From Eledone cirrhosa (taxonomy: Eukaryota), in NCBI GenBank assembly GCA_964016885.1, contig OZ024741.1, positions 193,378,001 through 193,442,000 of the forward strand: 64,000 nt of DNA, written 5' to 3'. The translations under genes and the position numbers were made by a program. Under the pieces are notes generated by a model. The model was not told the DNA's origin. It saw only the letters and a list, made by a program, of their open reading frames with translations, and made no database searches. Numbering within the stretch: the stretch's first letter is position 1; every line of letters starts with the position of its first letter. Positions 27,839 through 40,140 of the stretch are shown here, piece by piece.

Positions 27839-30800
27839 TTTCTTTATTGGCCACAAGAGCTGACATCAAGAAAAACATTACAGACGGCACAGGACGGTAC
27901 GGTGTGGGTTTTGTGCGTGTAAAGATTTTTATTATTTATATAAGAAAATAAAAAAAGACATAGAAACATATATATATAAACAATAAAAATGAAAATTGAA
28001 AAAATGAAAAATTCCCCAATAGGGGGAAATCCTCCGAATGGTTACTCGTAGCGAAAACCACACAAAATACCACGGCCACCCTGACCACCAGGACAAGCGC
28101 CCTCTCTCAATTTTTCCATTTCTCAAACTACAGGCGTATATTCAGAGCGGTCCCGTTCACTCGGACCATTCTCGCTACATTCACCCACCTTTCAACAAAC
28201 TTGCTAGAAGGCAGCACTTGCCTCTCCACCCTGATTTTCCTCTTCAAGTGAAACTTGAAAAAGTTAATCAGGGATTCGCCGAAGAGGAAAGTGTCTGCCT
28301 TTAACCCTTTCAACCTTGTCCACCACACAATCTCTTTCGCCATGTCGATAACCGGATCAGTCCTACAGGCGACAACAACTGTTCGACATAGCTCCACAAG
28401 TCAGCAATGCTCGGGCACTGAACGAGTGCGTGCACTATGGTTTCGTCGCTCTACGCGCATCTCAGACAGGCTGGGCTGACGGCACTTCCGTGCCTGTAGA
28501 GCTTATCTCAAACCGGCAACGCTCCCCGGTAGCACTGCCAGGCCAGGGATTTTTGGAAGTTATCCATAAGCCTTGGGCTGAAAGTTCTCCGGAAGAGAGC
28601 AAACAGCTGATCTTCTTCGAAGCCCAGGATCTCTCCGAGAACGTCGTCGCTCTTCCCCTCCACTAGTCCTCTATAGAACGCCGAGGTGGATGTTCCACCG
28701 ATACTGGTGCCCAGCTGGCAGATGGCGGTGACCGCCTGGAGACATTCCAGTTTCCAAGTGCTATCCATCGGTCTTTTCCTGACCCAGGACTGCAGCTCCG
28801 TCAAGGAGACGAGCTGTGGGAAAACGTTCCTGGCGAACGGCGACCACACCTGTTCACCGTCAAGGACGCACCAGAGATGTCCAGTCCTCAACGCAACGGG
28901 TGTTGACAGCAGATGGATTGTCTGACCATGGGAGCGTGTCCCTTCCACAAAAAGCGGAAAAGGAGGCGCTCCATTTTGGTCAGAGTTGAGGCGGGGCAAG
29001 GGACGACAGTGAGGCGGTAGCAGATGACGGATGCGATGTATGAATTCGCCACCTTCGACAGGCCTTTCAGTGACAGCTTCCTCTCGGCCCATTTCTGGGT
29101 GAGGGAGGCCACCTTGCTCGTCACCTCGCTCCAGTTTTTCTCCATCTGGAGGGCCGGTCCGAACCAGACCCCGAGCAATTTAACCGTTCCGTCCGTCCAA
29201 CGGCCCACGACGCTGTCGGACGGCATGGACTTGTCTCTCCAGATGCCGAGCTGCAAGCCCAGCGACTTTTCCTGGTTTATCTTTGCTCCTGTCACCGCTT
29301 CGTATTCTCTGAGAGCGGTGCCGTCGGCGGCGTAAGCCGACGCGAATTTGCCGCATCCTAGTTCGATGGTCCGATGGTCGACCCTATCAAATGCTTTCGA
29401 TTGATCCAAGTTGATCAGGGCCCCACCCGTGCCAGGTTCCTTAACCACCCTCTCTATGATGTATCGCATGAGGTGGAGGTTGTCTTGTATGGATCTGTCC
29501 GGAATGGCGCATGTCTGCGCCTCTCCGGCCAGACCACCAACGACAAGCACCGACCTCGTTGCTAAGACCTTGGCCAAAATCTTGAACTCTGCGTTTAGCA
29601 GAGTTATGGGCCTTAAATTATCGATAACATCCCCTTTGTTCGGGTCTTTTCTCAGCAGCGTCACTGCTCCCCGGCTCACAAAACTGGGAATGCTCCCGTT
29701 CTGCTGCCAGTTGCAGTAGACATCTGCCAAGAGGTCACCGAACAAGTCTGGCATAAATGCATAAATCTCGTAGGGCAGACCATCCAAACCTGGCGATTTA
29801 CTCCTCGTGCAGTTAGCCATCGCTTCCCGTATTTCACCGGCTGTTATTGGCTTTTCGCAACACTGTGCTGTGGTCGTCGAGAGCCGAGGCAGTCCGTCGA
29901 GGTATGGACTGAAGTCCATGCCCCGATCCGGCCGCCGCTGCTCCCGAACAGTTCAACAAAGTGCTGCTGAAGAGCTTCACACATCTGCTTGGGTTCGAGC
30001 ATCACGCACCCGTTTTAGTCAGACAAAGACCGAATTGTGGCTTTGTTGCCACGTCGCGCCTCTGCCACCCGGGCCCATTGGACGGCTTTTGTCCCCTCGT
30101 GTTTCAGAGCTCGCGCTCTAGCTCTGACAACGCAGCCTTCGTGTTTTGCGTTGAAGAATTGGTCGAGTGCCAATCTCGCCGTAAGCACGTCGGTTGCGAT
30201 GCCTGTTCTAAACGCCTCTTCTAGCTTTCTGACTAGCTCTCCCTCTACTCAATTTTCCTTTATCACTAGTCCTTTGCTAACCCTAATCGACTCTACTTAA
30301 TTGCCCTTTTCAGAGCGAACCACCACCTGTTGTTGACGACCGCTCCCGGCAACGCCCGCTTAACTAATACGCTAATCCGGTCTCTGTAGGCTTTGCGCGC
30401 CGGGAACGAAGCGTTCAGCTTCCAGTAACCGAGTCCTTTCTATGAAGTCTGTCTATGTTGATCTCACAGATCACAAATTTGAGGTCTGCGTAGTCGACTA
30501 TTTTAAATTGTGGACAAGTTCTCTGCCGAATACCCTATCGAGATACAATCTGGATGACACGATGCGGTTTGTCCATGTCCACATTGGCACATTCGGGTGA
30601 TCCAGTCGATACCTGTCAGACAGTTCAAAACGTGTGAGCAGGTTGGTGATGCTCTTGCACCCTCCTCCCCTATCCACTAGCCCCACACAATCTCATCGTG
30701 CATCCAAGATCGCCCACTAACACTAAAGAGCGGGACGTTCCAAGAAAGGTCTCTAGACGTCTAAAGAAATCTGGCCTACCTGTCCCTGTCAGGGCATAGA

Positions 30801-31445
30801 CGGCTACTAGCCTGAAAGAGTTGCCTTCGGTGCCGCTTACGTCCAGCACCACCGACTCACCTTCTGGGTCCAGGAAGATGGTCCGTCTGGCGAGACCCAA
30901 ACCTTTCCGAAACAACACACCCACTCCGCCCTCCTCTCCCGGACGGCTCGGAGATGTGTACACCTCGTAGCTGTCGGAGATCGGTGCGAAAGCTTGCGTT
31001 TCTGAGATTCTTGTCTCGCTGATGGTCACCACATCTATGTTTAGTGACCTGAGGTTGTTAAGCAAGTGACCCTGCTTCCAAACCGAGCTCAAGCCACGCA
31101 CGTTTACACTTCCCATACTAAATACGGCTATGTTGGGTGAGGAACGGGGCAAGTGAGAAAAGATCACTTACCTTGATCGTCTGGTGAAGGGACCGTTGAA
31201 CCGTCCCTTCGGCTGGTCATCGGCTCTTCTGTGAGTATATCCGAGTATACTCTTCTGTGAGTATATCCGAGTATACCCTCCTAGGTCTCTGAAATCACCA
31301 ACTGCGTTGGGGAATTCCATTTTAATGTTTGTGTATTGTTTCTGTGATATTCTTACTAGTCGTATGTTCGTTGGTATTTTGATTGGTGCTGGTATTATGT
31401 AGTCGTGCTGTGAAATGTCTGTGTGTTCAATTATGTAAGTCACTT
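27837..31445 (-). mobile_element. Tx1-like LINE copy C, 5'-truncated, several internal deletions
   Basis: ORF1 C-terminus, APE (30670-31167), RT (28888-29919), 3' UTR ending AATAAAGAAATC then ATT. Confidence 0.92.
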
Positions 31446-31566
31446 ATATTGGGTGTGGTTGTCTTTTAGACTCCAGATATAAGCTGAAAGTGACGTCATA
31501 TTCCTTCTTAGTGGGTAAGAAAAGAATGGGTATGCATGTAAAGACGCTGCTTGAATCTATTGGCGG

Positions 31567-31626
<60 letters not shown>

Positions 31627-31630
<4 letters not shown>

Positions 31631-31720
31631 GAAATTCTCACTGCTTCTAACTAGCCTCTGTGTCACGTGATTGATTCTTTAGAATCGGCCATTTGACTTG
31701 AAGCAGTGAGAATTTCGGTA
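31627..31720. repeat. 94-bp MITE-like foldback with perfect 21-bp inverted ends
   Basis: TACCGAAATTCTCACTGCTTC (31627-31647) and GAAGCAGTGAGAATTTCGGTA (31700-31720). Confidence 0.8.
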
Positions 31721-31823
31721 CATAGAATCCAGTCCTCGCAAGCTGTTCGATCTACCGAATTATTATTATTTTTATATGAGCCGCCAGTGTCCGCGCATTG
31801 CCTGGAGACTTAACTGAGAATAG

Positions 31824-31905
31824 ACTTCCTGATGACGCAATGAATTCTCGACAGTTGGATTACGTAACTGTCTTTATCCCATTGCAGAAACTAATTAGTT
31901 GGAGT
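31824..31905 (+). ncRNA. Type I hammerhead ribozyme motif
   Basis: ACTTC-CTGATGA-GCAATG..GACAGTT/AACTGTC..CATTGC-GAAA-CTAATTAG (palindrome)-TT-GGAGT. Confidence 0.75.
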
Positions 31906-32089
31906 GAAAATTTAAGTAAGAAAAAAATTTTTTTAAATTTTTTAAAAAAAATATTTTCTTATTTTACGTCCTTTATATTATTGTTCTGCATTCTCCTGCA
32001 TTGAACCACCTAGGTACTATGACATAACCTGTGTATTTGCTGGCATGGGCGTGCATCTGTGCGCTTATGTTAGTTGATATATTAAATTA

Positions 32090-32134
<45 letters not shown>

Positions 32135-32164
32135 TAGATAATTCCGATATATATATATATATAC

Positions 32165-32373
32165 ATATAACGAAGGAAGTGTGGTAAGGTACCAGATGGA
32201 CCATAACGCACCAAAGTACTCAATACTTAGGGTAGTAGAGTGGGTAATAGGAACGAGTAGGACCCCAACGGCTGAGCTCAAGCCGTTTCGACAGCTAATT
32301 CTGGACTAGATTTAGTCCAGAATTAGCCATCGAATCGGCTTGAGCTCAGCCGTCGGGGTCCTACTCGTTCCTA
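32165..32373. mobile_element. Asymmetric foldback of the 716-893 PLE-terminus family
   Basis: Minus-strand full 3' end (32165-32310) joined to a shorter plus-strand copy ending GTTCCTA; in (TA)n. Confidence 0.85.
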
Positions 32374-32380
32374 TATACAT

Positions 32381-32479
<99 letters not shown>

Positions 32480-32875
32480 TTTACACATACACCAATTAAA
32501 CAAAGTCAGAGGTATATATGTGTTTTGGCAACTTTTCACGTTGTGGTTCAATGAATTAAATAATCAGAGCAAAATACTTTAGTGATTTAAGCCTGGTATG
32601 TATATAAGCATTTCTAACATTAATTTTTACCTAATTATGTATGGTTGACCGTATATTTAATTAATTTCCACGTGCTGTTGAAATGTTGGGTAAATATTCT
32701 ATAGCGGTTGTGCGCGAAGACGCCGCAGTGGTATATGTATTTACTATTTCTTCATAGATGCCATTTATTCTTATAGCCTGGTCTAATTGATTTTTTGTGT
32801 GGTTAATTATGTGTATTGGGAATAGAGATGATGTATATATATAATCAATTGATTCTCTGGACATGTTTTACTCTA

Positions 32876-32955
<80 letters not shown>

Positions 32956-33589
32956 GAAATGAAACGAAATTTCATTTCTCACTCTTAGTACGGCTGTTAC
33001 ATTTATTATAATGCTCGGTGTGTTTGTAAACAAACATCCCGAATTAAGCCGTACAGTGTCTAGCAACCATCGTTGCTCATTTGTTCAACCCTGACAAAGT
33101 AACGCTGTACTAGTTTCAAGCTTATTAGCTATCGTCAGCAACGTATGCCTTCCTGCCAGATGATTGAACGTCTGAAAGTATATACTTTCCTTATGCACAT
33201 CAACGGCTGAGCAGCCTAATTTGCATATCGAGTGAGTTAATCGGCCGGGGTACCGAAAACGATAAACGGAAAAAATGTAACGAAATTTCATTTCTCACTC
33301 TTAGTACGGCTGTTACTTAAATATAAGTATGTATACGTACATACATATATGAATACAGACGTACAGTAGTATGTATATATATATATACATATATGCATAT
33401 ATATATATGTACGCATGGACTCACCGAACATTTATTATAATGCTCGGTGTGTTTGTAAGCAAACATCCCGAACTTGTACAGCGTTCCTTTGTCAGGGTTA
33501 AACAAATTAGCAACGATGGTTGCTAGACATGTACGTATACATACTTATATATATATATATTGTTATATATATATATATATATATATGTA

Positions 33590-35395
33590 TTGTTATACTT
33601 GTTGGGGAGGGTCATATTGTTGTAATAATATTGCCAGAAATAATAACAAAACACACCCACTGATGGGTTGGTTTTCGCTTCTGTATTCTTTATATCTCCA
33701 CAGTTAATTCATTTGGTCCTCAATTTTTTATCATTGACTGACCAACGGTCAAAAATACAGATATAATATAGATATAAACACATATATATATAGTCTAACA
33801 AAGTTCTTTCGTTGCACATCTGCAACATCATCAGTGGTACTATTATGTTCCTCCTGTTGTCTTGTATATCTACGCCATTTTTATTTTATCTGTTTATTTA
33901 TTTATTTATTTTTGTCTTCTCTGCACATGTGTTTGCGTGTGTGTATAGTGTTTGGTGTGTGTTCGCGTTTGGGTGACTGTGTTTACTGGTGTGTGTTTAT
34001 ATGTGTTTGTTGTTATTGTGCTTGTATTTATTTATTTGTTTATTTATATTTCTCTTAAGTCAGTATTGTTTGTTTGGGTGTTGTTATTCCATTCATTTTT
34101 TCTGTTTAGCTTTGGCCTTCTAAGTTCTATTTCACTTGCTTCTCTGATTTTCCTATCTGCTGGGTCATATCTATGTTTAGATATTATTTTAATGTCTATG
34201 TTGTCTATGTTACCGTCATGTTGTTGTCTGGCGTGTTCGTATAGTACTGAACCGTTTTTTCGTCCTTTTAATTCCCCCCAGTGTTGGTCTATCCTTTCTC
34301 CTATTCTACAAGCTGTCTCGCTTATGTATGTTGTTGTCATGTTTCTGCAAGTACCCTCTGTACATCTGATGCTATAGACTACACTTCTAGTTTTACAGTT
34401 TATCTGGGTGTTTAGTTTACATATAACACATTTCCTATTAGTACAATGGGTTTTCTTAAAAGGGTATGTTTTGCTGATCAGGGATTTTATGGTAGTTCCT
34501 GGCTTTTCTACCACTTTAATCTTTAAGTGGGTTTTTCTCAGGGCCTTTCTACACTGGTTAGCTAATTTCCCTCCAGGGGTAGCGTCCACGAACATGACAT
34601 TCTGGTATCTCTGGTTGTCGTACCATGAGGTGGCTTTCCTTATCTTATGTTTAGTCCTATCTAAGCTATTCCATGATTTGCTCCTGTATAATAGGCAAAT
34701 TCCTTTCATGTCCAGTTCTATGAGGGTCTTATACTTCTCCGTGGCTCCTTCGTATACTCTGATTCTGTGTCAATGGTTGTAGCCAGAGAACTGCATGCGG
34801 TTGATGAAGTGTTGGATGTGTCTTACCATTTCTGTTGGGTCGCACATGCGGGACACGTTCTTCATCACTCGTACCAAGTCTGCGATCACAATATTAAACT
34901 TAGCACTACTGGACCTTGCTGAGTTTTTGGAGGTATTTGGAGGCCATGGGTTTAGCGTAGTGTGAGTGAAGAATTTGGGCCCTCTCGTCTATACTGTTAA
35001 TTCAGAGTTCCGTGTCTAATACAGGTAGTCTACTGTTAGGGTGTTTGGAAGGGTAGTCGATAGTTACAGTTATACTCTGGTGTATGGAGTTAGCTATCTG
35101 CTGGATGCTTTCCATTGTGCTACATTCTAAATCATACTTGTTAGTACTCTCTTGTGTGGTTGTCCTTATTACTATATTAATATCGTCTACGTAACGAGAG
35201 TATATGATGAGGTCTATGGAGCTCTCATCAAGGAGATCTTTGAGTCTCCTTTCCCACCATACCATAAAAAGGGTTGGCAACGTCACCAGCTATGCTGACG
35301 CCAATGGCTGCTCCCTCATTTTAGGTATAGATCTTTTCGTTGAATTTGAATATGTGGCCCTTTAGGGTAGTTTTAATACTAGCCCCTATTGCATG
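33590..35395 (-). mobile_element. Penelope-like element, 5'-truncated (RT + GIY-YIG + 3' pseudo-LTR)
   Basis: GAAIGVSIAGDVAN, YSRYVDDINIV, LPVLD; CTNRKCVIC..VVYSIRC..YISETA..R..QH..EASEI..PKLN. Confidence 0.9.
33796..33839 (-). ncRNA. Minimal hammerhead motif in the PLE 3' end
   Basis: TACCA-CTGATGA-T-GTTGCA GATG TGCAAC-GAAA-GAAC-TT-TGTTA. Confidence 0.65.
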
Positions 35396-35847
35396 CGCGA
35401 CCATTTTTCTTACCTGATCATATCACTGCCACTGCCATCTCACACATACACACACGCACCACACACTCCCTGCAACTACCCACAATTTCTTTCTCTATCC
35501 TATTTCACTATAGCCTTGCATTTCTACCCGGATACATGCATTTACCTCAGCCTTCCTGACTTTCGAACTCCTGGATTATACCCATCTCGGAGCCTACGCA
35601 TATGTACACACGCACACACCTATACATGCAACCATACCACTATACACACGCTCACACATATGTACAAACACACACCTCCACCAACAACACTTTCCACCTA
35701 CACACACGCAAACTCACAGTAATGTTCACCCCACCTACATACACCGTCGGCCTCACCCCCACCAGTATACCGGACTACTCCTCCTCTCTCCTCCTTTATA
35801 TTTTTTTATTTTAGTAATTTCTTCCTAGCGTTATTTGAATTACCTAC

Positions 35848-36033
35848 GGCGGTGGATTGGCAGTATCGGTAGAGGGTCGGACGTCATGCTTTGACGCATA
35901 GAGTTACGGCCCTTTCCATTCTGAGTTCAAATCCCGCCGAGGTCAACTTTGTCTTTCATCCTTACGGGGTCGATAAAATAAAGTACCAGTAATGTACTGG
36001 GTAATTGCTGGCCTTGTGCCTAAAGTAGAAACA
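35848..36033 (+). mobile_element. Full-length young tRNA-derived SINE (Meta/MESC-like core) with 14-bp TSD
   Basis: A box TGGCAGTATCGG; B box GAGTTCAAATCC; core TTTCATCCTTACGGGGTCGATAAAATAAAGTACCAG; TSD TTATTTGAATTACC at 35831-35844 and 36035-36048. Confidence 0.93.
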
Positions 36034-36366
36034 ATTATTTGAATTACCATTTATTTATTTTTATTTTTTGCCTTTTTCAGTCTTTAACGTTATTTTCTTT
36101 GCTATTTTCCTTTTGTGTTATTCCTGATGAAGGGCAAATACTCGATACGTTGGCTATATAACTCATTCTTCTTTCTCGAAGCGTGAAATTAATACATTTA
36201 ATGTTATTGCATCCTCTTGTTCGTTCGTTTCGTCTTTCCTTGACTTATACCTCCACGCTTACGCGGACTCCTACTCTTACCTCGGATTACCCTCGGATTG
36301 CCCTTCACCACTCCAGTATATGCCTACGGACTCCAGCGTCTGAATCTTTGTAATACCCCCCCCCCC

Positions 36367-36435
<69 letters not shown>

Positions 36436-36538
36436 GGCGGTCGACAGAGGTAGAAACTGCTAAATAGTCGATCGTCCTCTTGTCTCTGATTTTCAGCCCC
36501 ATGGATTTTATCTGTTATATTCCTTTGTTATATTTTGA

Positions 36539-36596
36539 ATACCTGATGATGTCACCGGATTCATACTGAACCCGGTCATTGAAATGATCATAGTAT
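36539..36596 (+). ncRNA. Type I hammerhead ribozyme motif in a 210-bp island between (TA)n tracts
   Basis: ATAC-CTGATGA-..ACCGG..CCGGT..-GAAA-TGATCA (palindrome)-TA-GTAT, then AATAAA. Confidence 0.75.
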
Positions 36597-36641
36597 AATA
36601 AACCTTTCAAGGATTTACACCAGTCCAGCCTCCTGTTATTT

Positions 36642-36732
<91 letters not shown>

Positions 36733-36735
<3 letters not shown>

Positions 36736-36919
36736 CGAAGGAAATGTGGTAAGGAACCAGGTAGACCATAACGCACCAAAGTACTCAATACTTAGGGTAG
36801 TAGAGTGGGTAATAGGAACAAGAAAGACCCCGACGGCTGAGCTCAAGCCGATTCGACGGCTAATTCTGGGAATTAGCCGTCGAAACGGCTTGAGCTCAGC
36901 CGTCGGGATCTTTCTTGTT

Positions 36920-36923
<4 letters not shown>
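36733..36923. mobile_element. Second asymmetric foldback of the 716-893 family
   Basis: Same layout as 32165-32373 with a different fold point; short arm again ends GTTCCTA. Confidence 0.85.
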
Positions 36924-36993
<70 letters not shown>

Positions 36994-37539
36994 CAACAGA
37001 AAGCCGGACTGGAAGATATGCTGTAAAATTTTAATTCCGTGAAATCACTATACATATTTCAATGGCCCAGCTCCATCATGCTAGACAGGAGATCTTATCA
37101 GATACATTTGACAGAATTAAAAAACAGGGTTACGTTGAACCCAAACTTATCATGGAAGATAGGAAAAAGAGAATAGGAAATTGAAAAATGAAAAATGAAA
37201 ATTGAAAATTAGACTTGGGGACTGCCTGTAAAAAGACTTTTGAGTGTGTGTAAATAAGCAAATAGGACTGTGAAATACATAAATCTGAATGTAGATACTC
37301 CTATAACAAACGCAAAGTAATCACTGGAAGTCCTTATGCGTAACTAATACACTCATTAAAACAAAGCCAATTACAAACTATATGTCTAAACTAGATCCAA
37401 GACATCCATAATTCCTGTCTCAAACATCAATAAGGAAATTAAATAAGAAAATACCATTAAAAAAATGAACTTGAAAACTCGAGATAATCAGAAACTTTTC
37501 TTGGAAGCATGAGGTTGCTTATTCCCACTGTAACTGTTG

Positions 37540-37762
37540 CTGATGGTGGTGGTGGTGGTGGTGGTGGTGGTGGTGGTGGTGGTGGTGGTGTTGATGGCGT
37601 CGGTTATGGTTGTGATGGTGGTGGTGCTGCTGCTGCAGGTGGTGCTGTTGATGGTGGTGGTGGTGCTACTGCTGTTGGTAGTGGTAGTGGTGCTGCTGCT
37701 GCAGGTGGTGGTGGTGGTGGTGGTGGTGGTGATGGTGGTGGTGGAGGCAGTACTGGTGGTGA
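37540..37762. repeat. (GGT)n-rich low-complexity tract
   Basis: Seen directly. Confidence 0.9.
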
Positions 37763-37857
37763 TAGTTTCGCAGTTTTTGTTGATCAATCTCTAGCTTTCT
37801 TTTTTCATGTTTCTCTGTAATCTCTATTCACCGTAGTAGGTTGATTATTTTACGTCG

Positions 37858-39517
37858 ACTGCCTAATATTTTTGATCAACCCAACCAAGTCTGAGGTGAC
37901 CGACATCAGCTTCGGAGAGGCCGAATTCCGCAACATTGTACTCTGCTCACATCCCGTCCTGGCCGCATGCATTCTCGGCTCCCTCATTCTCTCGAAAAGC
38001 ATAAGGGAACGCCGAGAGACCAAGCATGCTGATTTGTCCCGATTAGCAGAGAGATTGCGCCTCATTAACGCTCACCCCACGCTCTTCCTCTTGAGAGACT
38101 GTTTTGCCCTCCCCAAATTCACATTCACGTTGCGCAGTGCAACTTGCCACCCCTACGCAGATATTCTGGGGGAACTTGACGCCACCATTCGACGCTGTGC
38201 GGAACTCATCTGCAATGTCAGTTTCGATGGCGCAGGCTGGCAACAGGCGACACTCTCAGCGAGGTTTGGTAGCCTCGGCCTCCGAACAGCTTCGGACCTG
38301 TCTACCTCTCCTCTATCTCCTCTTGTCTCGCTCACGTCGGTGAGGTTCTCAGCCAGACGGCGGAACCTAACTGCCCCCTGACATGCAACAGGCTCTGGCC
38401 TACTGGAAGGCGAAGACCTCTCTATCCCCCAGTATACTACGGTCTAACATAACAGGTACGACATCAATTGCAGGTCTTCTGTCAGGAGGATCGAGTCTGG
38501 TTTGGACCAACGCCGCCTCGCCTGCCTCTGCTCCGCTTCTCAGCCCAACAGCGGCGCGTGGCTCAATTCAGTGCCCTCCTCATCAGCCGGTACCCTACTT
38601 GATGATGAGTGCACTCGCATCGGAGTAGCCCAACGACTTGGCCTCCACGTGTGTGAGCCACATAAATGCTGCTGCGAGGCGGTTGCTGACAAGTTCGACC
38701 TGTACCTTCTATCTTGCCGCCAGACCGCATGCCGGTTCCTCCGACACGCCGCTCTCAACGACATATTGAGGAGAAACCTGGACGCAGCTGGCTTGCTTTC
38801 CATCTCAACTGGAGCCATTTGGCCTACACCACGGAGATGGCAAGCGCCCAGACGGAATGACCCTCTTCCCTCATCTGGGACGCCACCTGCTGCGACACGT
38901 TCTCCGCCTCCAACTTAGTCGCTTCGACCACAAACCCCGGCATCGCGGCCCGCCTCGCAGAAGAACGTAAAATAAACAAATACCGGGGTTTGTCCGGCCG
39001 CTTCCTCTTCACACTGGTCACCGTCGAGACCTCAGGCGCACTTGGACCCCACACTGCCGCTCCTCTGCAAGTTCGGAACGCCGGCAACCCGTCTGAGGAG
39101 GGATCCCCGCGATGTTGGGTGGCTGTTGCAGCGAGTGTCAATGGCCATCGTCCGGAGGAATGCTTTTGCCGACTTGTCCGCGGAGCGCAGCACTCCTTCC
39201 CTCTTACCCTAGGCCCAAAGCCCAATCACTCTCTTCTGCAACAGCAGAGCTCTTGCCATCCCCTCCCCTTCCCGTTCTTTTTTTTCTTTCTTTTTCACTT
39301 TTTTCTCTATATTTCCCTATTCTTTCTTTCCCTTTGTTTCCTTGTTACGAACCAAACAGCAAGAGACCCAGAGGTAGACCCTGAGCAAGATGGCTCTCTT
39401 ATACCCATGAGCGTGGCTGGTTTTGCCTGGGGATCCAGCCGGGTTATTTTGAGACAGTTGCTTCTGACAGGACTCGCTGAAATGAGTGTCTGAAGACTCT
39501 GCCCCCACGACTCTCTC
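37858..39517 (+). mobile_element. CRE-like non-LTR retrotransposon, 5'-truncated (restriction-like endonuclease)
   Basis: QATLSARFGSLGLR, SGAWLNSVP, RLGL..C..RHAALND, DGKRPDGM, WDATC, AEERKINKY, VETSGALG across frameshifts. Confidence 0.85.
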
Positions 39518-39670
39518 AAGAAGAAGAAGAAGAAGAAGAAGAAGAAGAAGAAGAAGAAGAAGAAGAAGAAGAAGAAGAAGAAGAAGAAGAAGAAGAAGAA
39601 GAAGAAGAAGAAGAAGAAGAAGAAGAAGAAGAAGAAGAAGAAGAAGAAGAAGAAGAAGAAGAAGAAGAAG
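39518..39670. repeat. Perfect (AAG)n, about 51 units
   Basis: Seen directly. Confidence 0.98.
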
Positions 39671-39829
39671 AGCAGGAGGAGATAAACGAGCTAATGTAGA
39701 TCCACCGTTTTAGAAAGAACTGAACGTAGGAGGTATGGGGGGGGGGGGGGCTTGGAGTGTGGTGGTGTACACAAAACAAAATGGGTAAGGAGAAGAGGAA
39801 AAATTAATGAATTAGAAGGGTAGTGTCTG

Positions 39830-40140
39830 TGCGGGGATGATGAGTCTAGCCAGGGGTGAAGAAAAGGCGCCACTGTAGCAGCGTTCAGAAAAAGCAGTAT
39901 GTGTGTAGGTGATAGGTTGTAGTATGTTTGTCAGTGACTTTATATCAAGCAGTCGAGCGACATTTCTTTAGATGTAGTCTAAGTTGGCTATATGAGCACT
40001 GTGCCAGATATGCAAACAGTTCTCCATTGTGGGTCTCACTTACCCTTTGCATTTAAAGAACGAAATATTTTCTGAATCTAAAGAGGAAGCTCGGTTTTTT
40101 AAATTCTTATTGAAGTATATTACGGCTAATATTCACAGGT
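39830..40140 (-). mobile_element. Old CR1/Jockey-group LINE remnant (post-RT region)
   Basis: Minus strand reads VRPTMENCLHIW..LDYI..ARLL..LTNILQP, resembling the VRP.MEYCSHIW..LQPL pattern. Confidence 0.55.

Noticed and set aside
35848-35940. tRNA gene
   Set aside because: A and B boxes belong to a SINE head followed by core, tail and TSD.
36120-36165. Hammerhead-like CTGATGA..GATACG; similar weak hits near 5938, 13793, 37050-37115, 41269 and 49410-49445
   Set aside because: GAAA, core or stem I is missing; possibly decayed copies but not supportable.
37488-37820. Gly/Thr/Val-rich ORFs as a host structural-protein exon
   Set aside because: Explained by (GGT)n; no domain or splice support.
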